A model generated the notes under the pieces. It did not search any database. It was not told the DNA's origin and saw only the letters and a program-made list of their open reading frames with translations. From Promethearchaeota archaeon (GTDB lineage: Archaea > Asgardarchaeota > Lokiarchaeia > Sigyniarchaeales > SOKP01), in the NCBI GenBank assembly GCA_016840165.1, contig JAEOSU010000029.1, forward strand, positions 12,966 to 76,965: DNA of 64,000 bases, read 5' to 3'. Shown piece after piece: positions 37,272 through 47,602 of this stretch. Within the stretch, counting starts at the first letter, position 1. Every line of letters starts with the position of its first letter. The translations under genes were made by a program, and so were the position numbers.

Positions 37272-38194
37272 TTAATATTACACGATTTCAGATAATCGTT
37301 AGAAACAACTTGAATTGTCGATTCGATGATATTATATTCCTTATGGAGAAATTCATTGATCTCTGAAATTAAATCGACATCTCCACCTTCTTTTTTCTCA
37401 TTTTTTAACACTATATATGCTGAAAAGACTAGCATATCGGGAGTTATAGTCCATAAATGCATATTAAATAGTTCACTTATTTCAGAGAAATTATTTTTTA
37501 AGTTCGTTGAAATAATATGAACATTCATTCCCTTAGGAGCAACCTCAAGCAATATTCTAGTAGATTCCTTTAATATGCCTATCGCCCAATATAAAATAAT
37601 AATAGATATTCCAATACTGACGAGTGGGTCTAAAATGTACCAATTGGTATAATTGATTATAAACGCAACAGTGACAATTCCAATCGAAGAGGCTGCATCG
37701 GCTATCATATGAAAAAAGACACTCTTGACATTTAGGCTTTTATTTTTGCCTTTACTTAATATGAGTATACTTGAGATGTTTACTGCTAATCCCACAAGAG
37801 CAACAAAAAACATATAAAATCCGGCAACTTCAATTGGATTCAAAAATCTCATAATCGCCTCATATAATATAAATCCAATAATTGGTAAAAGAAAGAGACC
37901 ATTAATGAATGCCGCTAAAATTTCTGAACGATATAAACCAAAGGTCTTATGATGACAAGGAGGCTTTTTTGCAATGTAAATTGCTAATAAGCTTATACCA
38001 ATGGCAAAAGCATGTGTGAACATGTGTCCAGCATCGCTAATTAAAGCAATACTATATGTTATTAACCCCCCTATAATTTCTACTATCATTACGATTAATG
38101 TAATAGTTAATGAAAGGATTAACCTCTTTTTTTCTACACTTCGATATTCGAATAATTGACTTGATATTTGATTGAAGTCTTTTTTCTCTTCCAT
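37268..38194 (-). CDS. Cation diffusion facilitator (CzcD/ZitB-like)
   Basis: SIALISDAGHM, FGLYRSEILAAFING, HMIADA, DPL, HLWTIT; GGTGA SD then ATG 38194. Confidence 0.95.
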   Translation of the reverse strand: MEEKKDFNQISSQLFEYRSVEKKRLILSLTITLIVMIVEIIGGLITYSIALISDAGHMFTHAFAIGISLLAIYIAKKPPCHHKTFGLYRSEILAAFINGLFLLPIIGFILYEAIMRFLNPIEVAGFYMFFVALVGLAVNISSILILSKGKNKSLNVKSVFFHMIADAASSIGIVTVAFIINYTNWYILDPLVSIGISIIILYWAIGILKESTRILLEVAPKGMNVHIISTNLKNNFSEISELFNMHLWTITPDMLVFSAYIVLKNEKKEGGDVDLISEINEFLHKEYNIIESTIQVVSNDYLKSCNIN

Positions 38195-38390
38195 TATAAA
38201 TATCACCAGGCGTAAACAAGGTAAATTAATGCTCTAATAAGGAAATTTGTGTTAGAAAGTCTAATAAAAACCAACTTGATAAAGTAAAATTCTATTTAAA
38301 ATTAAAATTTACTACTAATATAATATTAAGAATTATAATAAGAAATATATCAATATTGCATTGATCATTTCTTAAAGAGGATAAGAGATA

Positions 38391-39176
38391 ATGAAAATTG
38401 TTGATTTGGAAGAAAAATATAACCAACTTTACTTCATGTGCCTTGAAGATTGGTCTGATGAGATGAAAGAAGCAGGAGATCACAAGGAAAAATGGTACCA
38501 TAAAATGAAAGATAAAGGTTTAGGTGTGAAACTTGCACTAAACGATAATGAGGATGTGGTTGGGATGATTCAATATCTTCCAATTGAATTCTCCCCTGCT
38601 GAAGGAACTCAAGCTTATTTTATCAGTTGTATATGGGTTCATGGATATGAAGAGGGTGTTGGTAATTTTCAAAAGAAAGGAATAGGAAAAGAGCTATTAA
38701 AAGCCGCCGAACAAGATATTAAGAATAGAGAGGTTTCAGGGATCGCTGCATGGGGTCTATCCTTACCCTTTTGGATGAAGGCATCGTGGTTTAAAAAGCA
38801 AGGTTATGAAAAAGTGGATAAGGATGGAGTTGCTGTCTTATTGTGGAAACCTTTTAATAAAGAGATTAAAATCCCTAATTGGATTAAACTAAAAAAAAAG
38901 CCCAAAAAAAACCCTGGAAAAGTAACCGTCACAGCTTTTTCAAATGGTTGGTGTCCCGCACAAAATATTGTTTTTGAAAGAGCAAAGAGAGCTGCTAGTG
39001 AATTTGGAAATACAGTAATATTTCAAGGAATTGATACTTTTAATCGAGATACCTTTAAAGAATGGGGTATTTATGATGGTCTCTTCATCGATGGTAAAGA
39101 AATAAGGACGGGACCACCTCCTACTTATGAAGATTTAGTAAAGAAAATCAAAAAAAGAGTAAAAAAGTTGAAATAG
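38391..39176 (+). CDS. GNAT acetyltransferase, YoaP-like, with thioredoxin-like C-terminal domain
   Basis: FISCIWV, QKKGIGKELL, WFKKQGY, NGWCP. Confidence 0.82.
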   Translation: MKIVDLEEKYNQLYFMCLEDWSDEMKEAGDHKEKWYHKMKDKGLGVKLALNDNEDVVGMIQYLPIEFSPAEGTQAYFISCIWVHGYEEGVGNFQKKGIGKELLKAAEQDIKNREVSGIAAWGLSLPFWMKASWFKKQGYEKVDKDGVAVLLWKPFNKEIKIPNWIKLKKKPKKNPGKVTVTAFSNGWCPAQNIVFERAKRAASEFGNTVIFQGIDTFNRDTFKEWGIYDGLFIDGKEIRTGPPPTYEDLVKKIKKRVKKLK

Positions 39177-39219
39177 ACTATTAAAATAACTTAATTGCAT
39201 TTATTAAATAAGCAAAATT

Positions 39220-40350
39220 TTATTTTTGTTTTTTTCTTTCAATCTTTTTTCGCACTACACAATGTGTTGGTCCTGTGAGCATAGAAAGATAGCACGAATT
39301 GCAACTTATACACTTAGCTGGAGTGATATCTCCACTCTGCCATCTTTTTGGTAAATCCGGTTCATATAATAATGGTCTACTTATCGAAATAAAGTCAGCA
39401 TTTCCATTCTTAAGGATTTTTTCGGCGGATATTGGATTTTTAATGCCTCCTACCATAATTAATTTACTTTCCCCCATAAAGGGTTTTAGTTCTTTTGCTA
39501 CGGCTAAGAAATAATTCTCGTCATCGGTACTTTTAATGATTTTACTAGGATAGGCATTAGGTGTTCCAATTTGAGTTTCACCAATACCACCACTCGGTTC
39601 AATAGCATCAAAACCGGATTTTATAATAATTTTCGCAATATTAATGCCATCATCAAGTATTAATCCACCCGGTATAAAATCTTGGGTTTGAAGCTTAATA
39701 ATAATTGGAAAACTTTTACCAACTTTTTCTCTCAGTTGCTCATGTATCATTATTAAGATTCGAGTCATATTTTCAATGTTTCCTCCATATTCGTCGTCTC
39801 TTCTATTTGTATAGGGGGATATAAAATTACTAAGTAGATAACCATGAGCCGCATGTAATTGGACCATATCATATCCACATAGGTATGAGCGATATCCTGC
39901 ATCGACAAATTTTTTAATTATTACTTCAATTTCTTTCTTTGATAGTTTTCGCGGTGTTAAACCGGTAATTTTGTCTTTTACAGCAGTGGGAGCAACAGGT
40001 GGGTATTTAGGATGAACTCCTTGCTTTCCTGTATGGCCAATTTGAGCAGCAATTTTTACTTCGGGAATATCATGCACTTTTTCAACTAACTTTCTTTGCC
40101 CAGAGATATAGGAATCATTATCTAATCGCGCTTGATATGGACTAATTGTTCCTCCAACATCTACTGAAATAAACCCACTTATAATCAAACCTGTTCCTCC
40201 TTTTGCTAATTCGTCGTAAAAATTAATCATTTTCTCTCCAACGCTTCCATACTTTTCAGCTCTTCCTGAAAATGTGGCTGAGCGAACAATTCGATTTTTG
40301 ATCCGAACAGCTCCAATATAACCGGGGCTAAATAACAATTCAACACTCAT
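39220..40350 (-). CDS. NADH:flavin oxidoreductase (Old Yellow Enzyme family)
   Basis: IKNRIVRSAT, QLHAAHGYLLSNFISPYTNRRDDEYGG, CISCNSC. Confidence 0.93.
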   Translation of the reverse strand: MSVELLFSPGYIGAVRIKNRIVRSATFSGRAEKYGSVGEKMINFYDELAKGGTGLIISGFISVDVGGTISPYQARLDNDSYISGQRKLVEKVHDIPEVKIAAQIGHTGKQGVHPKYPPVAPTAVKDKITGLTPRKLSKKEIEVIIKKFVDAGYRSYLCGYDMVQLHAAHGYLLSNFISPYTNRRDDEYGGNIENMTRILIMIHEQLREKVGKSFPIIIKLQTQDFIPGGLILDDGINIAKIIIKSGFDAIEPSGGIGETQIGTPNAYPSKIIKSTDDENYFLAVAKELKPFMGESKLIMVGGIKNPISAEKILKNGNADFISISRPLLYEPDLPKRWQSGDITPAKCISCNSCYLSMLTGPTHCVVRKKIERKKQK

Positions 40351-40461
40351 TGGTATCGATTCTTCTTAATTTTTAAAACCTAAAAGAAAATAAATATAAA
40401 TTAATTTTGAATTTTATCCTTATTATTTAATTATGAATTTGCAGTAAAATTGTGATGAATA

Positions 40462-40863
40462 ATGCTCTTAGACTTTTTCAATGAGGATTGGGCTCAAACT
40501 TTCTCTTCAATTGAGGATATATTTTGGTTTCTCATTCTTTATCTCATATTTCTGTTGATTATGTCGATATTCCTATCGATTGCAATAAATCTTTTTAGTT
40601 CAGCGAAAAACTCAGGTTTTGGCTCTGTGTTTGCTACATCCTTTGTGATTACCATTTTTTATGCAGTTATCTTTCTATTTCTCCAAGGATTGTTAGCTTG
40701 GATAATTGTCTTAGTTATCGCATGGTTGATCATTAGTGCAAGGCACCACATAGGATTTCTGGGAGCTATATTGGCCACAGTAATAGCCTTTATTCTTTAT
40801 GTAATCGTAGCTATTGTTCTTGGAATAATATTTAATGTGACACTAATCGTACTCCCATTTTAA
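40462..40863 (+). CDS. Hypothetical 4-TM membrane protein
   Basis: 133 aa, four hydrophobic segments. Confidence 0.7.
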   Translation: MLLDFFNEDWAQTFSSIEDIFWFLILYLIFLLIMSIFLSIAINLFSSAKNSGFGSVFATSFVITIFYAVIFLFLQGLLAWIIVLVIAWLIISARHHIGFLGAILATVIAFILYVIVAIVLGIIFNVTLIVLPF

Positions 40864-40921
40864 ATACTTTTTTTCTTTTTTTTTACATCTAAAAAGAGTT
40901 TCAGAACAGATAATTCTGTAT

Positions 40922-42241
40922 TTAGGTCAAGCTTTGAATACGTTCCTGAAAGATCCTTTCTGTTTCATCCATTTCTTTAATAACATTTCTAAGTACAGGT
41001 ATCCAAAAGAATGGAATTAAAATCCATGCAAAAATAGCTGTCATCATCCCAAGCACATACTCGAAAAGGTCTGCGATGACTGCTCCGATTAATGGACCAA
41101 TTGCTCGCCCTATAATATCGAAAAAATTGGATGCAGCCAAAACTGTTCCACGATGTTCCGGAAGATTTAAATCTGCAACGGTTGCATACCAATTTCCATT
41201 GACTGCTCCATTAGTGAACATTCCTATCATAAATAGAATTATCCAAATCAATAAACCAGGAAATATGTTTGGAGGTCTAAATGGGATTATTAAGGCGATA
41301 AAAAGAAAGGGGATTGGAAACACATTGCCAAATAAAGCTAGCTTAACTCTTGCCTTCTTATTTCCTTTGCTAAAGGCTCTATCACCAATGATGCCAAAAA
41401 TAATCGTTCCCAAAATAATAAATATTAAAATTAAAAGCATTACAAATATCGTAATTTCAGAGGGTATGCCATGATATTCTTCCATATATGCATACAACAA
41501 GAAAAGAATTATCCCGCTAGGGATATTATCCACAAAATTAATAATTAGCCAGATATTCGCTTTCTTCTTAAAGATTGTGTTTAAATCAGAAAAATTTATA
41601 CGATATGTATATTCTATTCCGTCCTTCTCTAATAGATAAAACTGATCTTTCCCAATTCTAGATGGCTCCTTAAAAAAAATAAAAAGGATCGCTCCTACTA
41701 ACCCCATAAAACCTATTATAAAAAAAGGAACTCTCCAGTCTGAGGATCCGATAAACGTTGCTAACCCTGTACCAACAACTATACCAAAGAACGAGGCAAT
41801 AGAAAAAAATGAATAACCTTTCGAGCGGCTTTCCCTAGAAATTATATCTCCAATAAGTGAAAATATACTAGGAACAAGAGCGCCATATCCCACTCCCGTT
41901 ATAATCGTGAGGAAAAAGAATAGAATATATCCTCCTCCTCCAGATGGTATAACTATTGTTAATAGCGCAAATAATGAAAAGATAAATGCTCCACAAAATA
42001 CTATCCACTTTCTTGTTATTTTATCCGCTAAATATCCAAAAATTAGCATGAAAATACCTGATGCTAATGTAAATGAAAACGTAAGCACACCTAATGGAGT
42101 AGTATCGCCACCAAATCCAAAAAAATAGGAAATAGCAATTAAATTAGGAGATATCATATTAGAAATTGATGATATTAGTGTAGCAATTAGAATAAAAAGA
42201 ATAAATGATAACAGAGGGAGATTATTCGTATCTTTTTTCAT
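40922..42241 (-). CDS. MFS transporter
   Basis: GYLADKITRK motif A, GIIGDR, about 12 TM. Confidence 0.9.
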   Translation of the reverse strand: MKKDTNNLPLLSFILFILIATLISSISNMISPNLIAISYFFGFGGDTTPLGVLTFSFTLASGIFMLIFGYLADKITRKWIVFCGAFIFSLFALLTIVIPSGGGGYILFFFLTIITGVGYGALVPSIFSLIGDIISRESRSKGYSFFSIASFFGIVVGTGLATFIGSSDWRVPFFIIGFMGLVGAILFIFFKEPSRIGKDQFYLLEKDGIEYTYRINFSDLNTIFKKKANIWLIINFVDNIPSGIILFLLYAYMEEYHGIPSEITIFVMLLILIFIILGTIIFGIIGDRAFSKGNKKARVKLALFGNVFPIPFLFIALIIPFRPPNIFPGLLIWIILFMIGMFTNGAVNGNWYATVADLNLPEHRGTVLAASNFFDIIGRAIGPLIGAVIADLFEYVLGMMTAIFAWILIPFFWIPVLRNVIKEMDETERIFQERIQSLT

Positions 42242-42319
42242 ATAACATAATGGGATGTGTTACTTTAAAAAGATTCAATTTAATAATTAGGCAAATGTGG
42301 TTTAAAAATAAATTATATT

Positions 42320-42766
42320 TTAGCAGAGTTCTCCATCTTTTTGATAGCAATCAAAAAGACTGTCTATATTATCGATATAATCGGTCATTTTACGATACCA
42401 TCTATTTAACAAATCACGAAACTCCTTTTTAATTGTCTTTAGATCTTTTGCACCATATACGTATAAATATCCTCGTTTGTTTGTTTCATCCGTACCTTTT
42501 TGTTGAACGTAATCTTTCAATGACATTGACTTTCTATCAATAACATTTAAGTCGTATAGATTTTGTAATGCTCTCTGAATGGAACTTCGATCTTTTTCAA
42601 GAGCTTTCGCAAGCTCCATAGTACTTGCATTATCGTTTTTTAGCAAGTATGAAAATACATTAGTTTCAATTTCATTCAATCCTAAAATACATTTGAATAG
42701 GTTTCCACTCTTGAATATTTTCTTTTCCTCAAGCATACCCTTCAATTGTTCTGTAATACTTTCCAT
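42320..42766 (-). CDS. wHTH transcriptional regulator (TrmB-like HTH)
   Basis: CILGLNEIETNVF...ELAKALEKDRSSIQRALQNL...RGYLYVY; downstream of trxA. Confidence 0.85.
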   Translation of the reverse strand: MESITEQLKGMLEEKKIFKSGNLFKCILGLNEIETNVFSYLLKNDNASTMELAKALEKDRSSIQRALQNLYDLNVIDRKSMSLKDYVQQKGTDETNKRGYLYVYGAKDLKTIKKEFRDLLNRWYRKMTDYIDNIDSLFDCYQKDGELC

Positions 42767-42822
42767 TTTACATCCCTTTAAAAAAAATTATTATAATAAA
42801 AGAAAAAATACCAATTTTGATT

Positions 42823-43227
42823 TTATATCGAATTTAAATTTTCTAAAATTTTCTTCATACTGTTATAATTCATTGAACCAACGATTTTTTGAATTACTTT
42901 TCCTTCTTTAATGAATAAAGTAGTCGGAATCCCCGTAATTCCAAATCTTTGAGCGATTGAACCAATTTCATCGACATTCACTTTCGTAAATATAAAGTTT
43001 CCAGAAAATTCTTGCTGTAGTTTCTCAAAGACAGGTGCAAATGCTATGCAAGGTCCACACCATACAGCCCAGAAATCAATAACAACTATCCTATCAGGAT
43101 AATCAGCTAGCAGTTTATTAAATTCTTCATTACTATGAATTTTAATGATCTCTTTAGGCATCTTCTGAAGCTTCATCATCATTTCTACTTTTTTCATGCG
43201 GATTCTTTCCAAGTCATTATCAGACAT
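42823..43227 (-). CDS. trxA: Thioredoxin
   Basis: IDFWAVWCGPC, KVNVDE, GIPT; archaeal N-terminal DLERIRMKK extension. Confidence 0.95.
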   Translation of the reverse strand: MSDNDLERIRMKKVEMMMKLQKMPKEIIKIHSNEEFNKLLADYPDRIVVIDFWAVWCGPCIAFAPVFEKLQQEFSGNFIFTKVNVDEIGSIAQRFGITGIPTTLFIKEGKVIQKIVGSMNYNSMKKILENLNSI

Positions 43228-43385
43228 ATAAATTTTTCATCCATTTTGGTTATTTCTTTATTAAGTAAAAGTTGTGTAAGTTATGTAAGCAACTTTCTTA
43301 ATTTAGAATAAAGAAGATTTATTTTTAAATGTCATGTTTATGAAAAAAAACTATTTTATATTCTTTGATTGAATTGCTATCTTTT

Positions 43386-43913
43386 TCAGTTTTTCTTCTT
43401 TTGCAGTAAGAGTTTTATCAATCCTATGAAAGGATTAAGCCGAGGTACCTCTTTTTTGTATACTTCATATTCCTCGCCAAATTTTGCAATAAGTTTTTTA
43501 TCTTCAGTATAGGTCCATTGATAAATTAAAATAATGATTAGAGCACTAAAAAGTATATTAAACCAAACAGGGTTCCATAAAGTAATACTAATTGAAAATA
43601 GGATACCGCCTAAATATTGAGGATGTCGAATGAGTGCATATGGACCATGTTTTACTATTTTTGTAGTATGAAGATAGCTTTTTCCCTTTTCAACCTCCCC
43701 TCGTTTCCTAAAAGTGAAAAATGAGATAAATGCAAAATAAAGACTGAAGATCCATATTACCCATCCACTATAGTACAATAGAGGGATATAAAGTGAGCTT
43801 TCAGCAATAAACAATAAGACCACTTGAAAGATAAAGACTATTGTAAATAGAACAGTTAATAAGATATCTCCTATTGTGAATTTTTGTTTGTTATTTTCAG
43901 TTGATTCCTTAAT
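43386..43913 (-). CDS. ICMT/PEMT-family membrane methyltransferase (probable ATT start; ORF track starts at GTG 43823)
   Basis: GPYALIRHPQYLG, EDKKLIAKFGEEYEVYKKEVPR; the frame stays open 31 codons upstream. Confidence 0.8.
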   Translation of the reverse strand: MKESTENNKQKFTIGDILLTVLFTIVFIFQVVLLFIAESSLYIPLLYYSGWVIWIFSLYFAFISFFTFRKRGEVEKGKSYLHTTKIVKHGPYALIRHPQYLGGILFSISITLWNPVWFNILFSALIIILIYQWTYTEDKKLIAKFGEEYEVYKKEVPRLNPFIGLIKLLLQKKKN

Positions 43914-44104
43914 AATTTATCACTATCTGATATTTTTTTCATTGGAATTTCTTGATAGAATAAATTATTGTTTCTCCCTTTTAAATCGGTAATAAAATAA
44001 TTTTTTTTTTTTTAATTTCAAAATTCAAGATTTAACATTTACTAATACTTATAAGATTGGACTTCTATTATTAATTCTAATAGATTTAATGAAAATCATC
44101 CATA

Positions 44105-44857
44105 ATGAAGATTCATTCTTTATTCATTCTAAACAAAACTGGCGCTTGTATCTACAGTAGAAATTTCACAGAAGATTTTAGAAATATCGAACCTAACTTG
44201 ATTACGCCTTTTTTTTCAGCAATTTTCTCATTTTCAGAAAACGTAATCTCACAAAAGACACCGGAGGTATTGGAAATGGGAGGATTTCGATTTGTCTTTC
44301 AAATAAAGGAAGAATTTATTTATACGATATTATCAGATTCTAGTGTAAGCTTGCTTTTTATAAAATCACGTTTGAAAACTATTACTAAGGAATTCGAAAA
44401 TTTTTTGGAACAAAATGCAATTGAAGATTATGAAATAGTTCAGAACGAAGAATTTGATGAAAAAATAGACGGAATTATCACGGGGGATGATATCATCACC
44501 AATAGTAAAGTTCTTTATAAAAAAATCATAGATCTTATTAAAAAACTAGTTTATGAAAATGAAATTTTAGGAGCTGCTTTATTTGCTATTAATGGAAAGG
44601 TTATCTATACCTCTCTTCCACAAAATATACTATTATCCTCTATCAAAGAATTGGAAATTCGTTTTATGGTGGCTAATGAGTTTGATGAGACCTTCTATAG
44701 TCTAGAAAACGATCAAAGAGTTTTTTCTAAGCGTATTAGAATTCCGTGGAAACTAGAACCCCTAATAATTGTAGTTCTATTTGACTCTGGTGTACCTACT
44801 GGTATGGCTGAAGTAAACTTAGATAAAATAGTTAAAAATATTGAAAATATTATCTAA
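44105..44857 (+). CDS. Longin-like + roadblock-like two-domain protein
   Basis: IHSLFILNKTGACIYSRNF...LITPFFSAIFSFS; second domain EILGAALFAINGKVIYTSLP. Confidence 0.75.
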   Translation: MKIHSLFILNKTGACIYSRNFTEDFRNIEPNLITPFFSAIFSFSENVISQKTPEVLEMGGFRFVFQIKEEFIYTILSDSSVSLLFIKSRLKTITKEFENFLEQNAIEDYEIVQNEEFDEKIDGIITGDDIITNSKVLYKKIIDLIKKLVYENEILGAALFAINGKVIYTSLPQNILLSSIKELEIRFMVANEFDETFYSLENDQRVFSKRIRIPWKLEPLIIVVLFDSGVPTGMAEVNLDKIVKNIENII

Positions 44858-44918
44858 TGAACTCAATTTTTCAATAAAACCAAAATTTTTTTACTGCTTA
44901 ATATTTACATTCATACTT

Positions 44919-46187
44919 ATGTATGATATTATTGTAATCGGTGCGGGTATTTCTGGAACTTCTTTTGCTTATAAAAGTTCTAAATTTGCAAATACACTGC
45001 TCATTGAGGCACAAGACTATAATACCCAAATTCCTGAACGAACAAATATTTATGCTGAGCATAATAAACCATTTATCGAAGAGTTGTTTTGGAATGATCG
45101 TGAAATATTTCCCCGCGATTTTATTCAGCTTAATTATAAAAGCGAACAAAATGATGGTCTTCTACATTCAAAAGAATTTGGAGCTCCTTTAGGTAAAATT
45201 TGTCATACTGAAATCTTTTTGAAAAAGTTAATCAATCGCTTTAAAGATAATGATGGAGAGACTAAATTTAATGAAACAGTTTCTAAAATTAACCATCATC
45301 AAGATTTTATTGAGCTAATTACAAACAAAGGGGAAACTATCAAAGCTAAAACACTTATACTTGCGACAGGTTCCCGTGGATTTGAACTGCAAAAATCTTT
45401 TGGGTTTGAAACACCTGATTCTTTTAAGGGAATATATTTGAATACCTTTGCTGATGAGGATCTTCTCGATCAAAACTTCACTTTTCAGTATATGTTTCAT
45501 TTAAATCCAAATATAAGTATGAATGGGCCTTTCTTCTTCAATATTGGAAAAGGAAGACTTTCTGCTGGTTTTCTTGGTAATTTAGAGTCTCCCAGTCAAT
45601 TAAAAGATAAGCTCCAAAGAATATTACAGAATTATAATAAAATTCAAGATTTTATTAAAGGAATTACCTGGGATTTAAACCAGGTTGTTGTAGGTGACAT
45701 TTCAAAACATCCAATTAAGAACATGTCAAAGGACAGAGTGCTGGTATTAGGAGAAGCTGCAGGCTTAGTTACTTCATTTTTCTACGAAGGAATGTTATGT
45801 GGTTTAGCAAGTGCCGATATCGCTTCAAAAGTAATCCAATCGCTCCTAAATAATGGTAGTAATTTTTCTAAGGCAGAGTTAAACAACTACGATCGCGAAG
45901 TCTCAAAATTACTCTTAGAAAAATATTTTAGAAATGGGAATGCATGTGAATACCTTTTTTATAAGACCAATGCGAGCACCAGTAAGACCATTTGGGACGC
46001 ATACACCGATATGTTATTAAAAAATAAAACAGTGAGACAGTTCGTATATGATGTTCTTTTAATTCAAGATTTCACGCAATATAATACGGATAACGATCGA
46101 TGGGTCGGAGAGAAATTGTTTGGCAACTTACCAATTATTTCTAAAGCTACACTATGGCCTCGCTTTCTCAAGGCAATGAGTTTTTAG
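44919..46187 (+). CDS. FAD-dependent oxidoreductase, geranylgeranyl-reductase family
   Basis: MYDIIVIGAGISG, LILATG, VLVLGEAAGLVTSFFYEGM; ATG at 44919. Confidence 0.8.
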   Translation: MYDIIVIGAGISGTSFAYKSSKFANTLLIEAQDYNTQIPERTNIYAEHNKPFIEELFWNDREIFPRDFIQLNYKSEQNDGLLHSKEFGAPLGKICHTEIFLKKLINRFKDNDGETKFNETVSKINHHQDFIELITNKGETIKAKTLILATGSRGFELQKSFGFETPDSFKGIYLNTFADEDLLDQNFTFQYMFHLNPNISMNGPFFFNIGKGRLSAGFLGNLESPSQLKDKLQRILQNYNKIQDFIKGITWDLNQVVVGDISKHPIKNMSKDRVLVLGEAAGLVTSFFYEGMLCGLASADIASKVIQSLLNNGSNFSKAELNNYDREVSKLLLEKYFRNGNACEYLFYKTNASTSKTIWDAYTDMLLKNKTVRQFVYDVLLIQDFTQYNTDNDRWVGEKLFGNLPIISKATLWPRFLKAMSF

Positions 46188-46462
46188 ATTTAAAAATATT
46201 TTCTTTTGATCATTTTCTTCTTTGTTAAATAATTAGATCCACATTATTTGTGTGCAAAAAATTGTGCAATTATATTTTTTGGTAAAAAAATAATGTTATG
46301 ATGTAACAAAACAATTAAAAAAAAAATTGATTTTTAAACGAAAAACTTCTCCAGATTTGTATATACAACCAGAGCTATATAATAAATATCTAATAACAGG
46401 AAAAAAACATTATTTTTAGCTCTTAAAGTAAAAATTAAAATCAAAAAGTAGGTTTATTATTT

Positions 46463-46957
46463 ATGGCTTCAGAATATGCAATCCTCGCAAAACTGGGCGG
46501 GTTCGTTGGAAGTAATCCTGAAATCGTAAGTTCCTATCCTCCTTACACTGCTGTAGGGAACGAAACAGAAATACTGAACTCATGTTTTCCACTTGGTGCA
46601 AAAGCAGGAAAGTTTTTTGAAGATAGATTTCGTAAGTATATAGCGTTATCCTATGTTTTTAAAGTGCGAAAAAGCGCAGAAAGAGATGATCTTTTTTCAT
46701 TTTCCGTCCTTTTACATAAACGTGACAAGGTGGAAATATACAAGAAAGTATTAACTGAACTAATAAACATTTTAGAAAGCAATGGACGATTATCTGAGAG
46801 TGTGCTTACACAATATCATCAAAAAATTTATGAGGGTATAAATTCAGAGTCAGATATTTTAATTGAGGATCTACTAATTGATTTTTCGAGAATTTTTAAA
46901 GAAGTTAAAGCAAAAGTTCTTAAACAAAAACCACAATTAAAAGGGAGTTTTTTCTAA
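46463..46957 (+). CDS. Stand-alone uDENN/longin-like protein
   Basis: PEIVSSYP...ILNSCFPLG matches the uDENN P-x-I-x-x-x-YP...CFP-x-G pattern; SYVFKVRKSAERDDLFSFSVLL hairpin. Confidence 0.65.
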   Translation: MASEYAILAKLGGFVGSNPEIVSSYPPYTAVGNETEILNSCFPLGAKAGKFFEDRFRKYIALSYVFKVRKSAERDDLFSFSVLLHKRDKVEIYKKVLTELINILESNGRLSESVLTQYHQKIYEGINSESDILIEDLLIDFSRIFKEVKAKVLKQKPQLKGSFF

Positions 46958-47601
46958 TGGCAGAAGACATATTATTGACAAATTTACAATTCAGTGGATA
47001 TATTTTAAGTGCTATTATAATACCTTTGGCAACAATAATTCTAGGTAGAAAATTATTTAAAGAAAAAGCTATAACAGGATCTTTCAATCACGTTAAGCTA
47101 ATTACCTTCAGCATTTTTGCTTGTTTCTCAATTATGAGTGTGTTAGAGTTGATAGTTGAAATGAGTTGGTTTCCCCTACTCAGCGAAATCTTTGGCTTTA
47201 ATATTAATAGCGTCAATCTTTATTCAATATTAATTGGTACCATGGTATCATTAGGTCTTACCTTGGTTTTCTATGCAAATCGATGGGAAATGTTCTATTA
47301 TACTGCACTTTTTTTTTTTGGTGGAATGGTAATCTTCTATTATTTTACTGGATTTGATGCTTGGCTTGAAAGTTATATACACTTCGCAGGTCTCTGTAGT
47401 TTAGTTTTTATGTATATCACTAGTTTTCGTATTAAAGATAACGGAGCACTGGGATTGGCAATCTTTTATACACTAGTATTTAGTGTATTAATATGGGGTA
47501 TGCCCTATTTTACTCAAATTATAATTCTTTCATATAATGCATTCCTTCTTATGTTTTCATTTGGACTCTTCAAACCTTTTAAACAGGAGGTAGCAGAGTA
47601 A
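46957..47601 (+). CDS. 7-TM membrane protein A
   Basis: 214 aa, seven hydrophobic segments; TAATG overlap with the upstream gene. Confidence 0.8.
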   Translation: MAEDILLTNLQFSGYILSAIIIPLATIILGRKLFKEKAITGSFNHVKLITFSIFACFSIMSVLELIVEMSWFPLLSEIFGFNINSVNLYSILIGTMVSLGLTLVFYANRWEMFYYTALFFFGGMVIFYYFTGFDAWLESYIHFAGLCSLVFMYITSFRIKDNGALGLAIFYTLVFSVLIWGMPYFTQIIILSYNAFLLMFSFGLFKPFKQEVAE

Positions 47602-47602
47602 A

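Noticed and set aside
43386-46187. A GTPase prenylation pathway (ICMT-like + geranylgeranyl reductase-like genes near GTPases)
   Set aside because: None of the four GTPases ends in CAAX, CC or CXC; both enzyme families are widespread in archaea with lipid or unknown roles.
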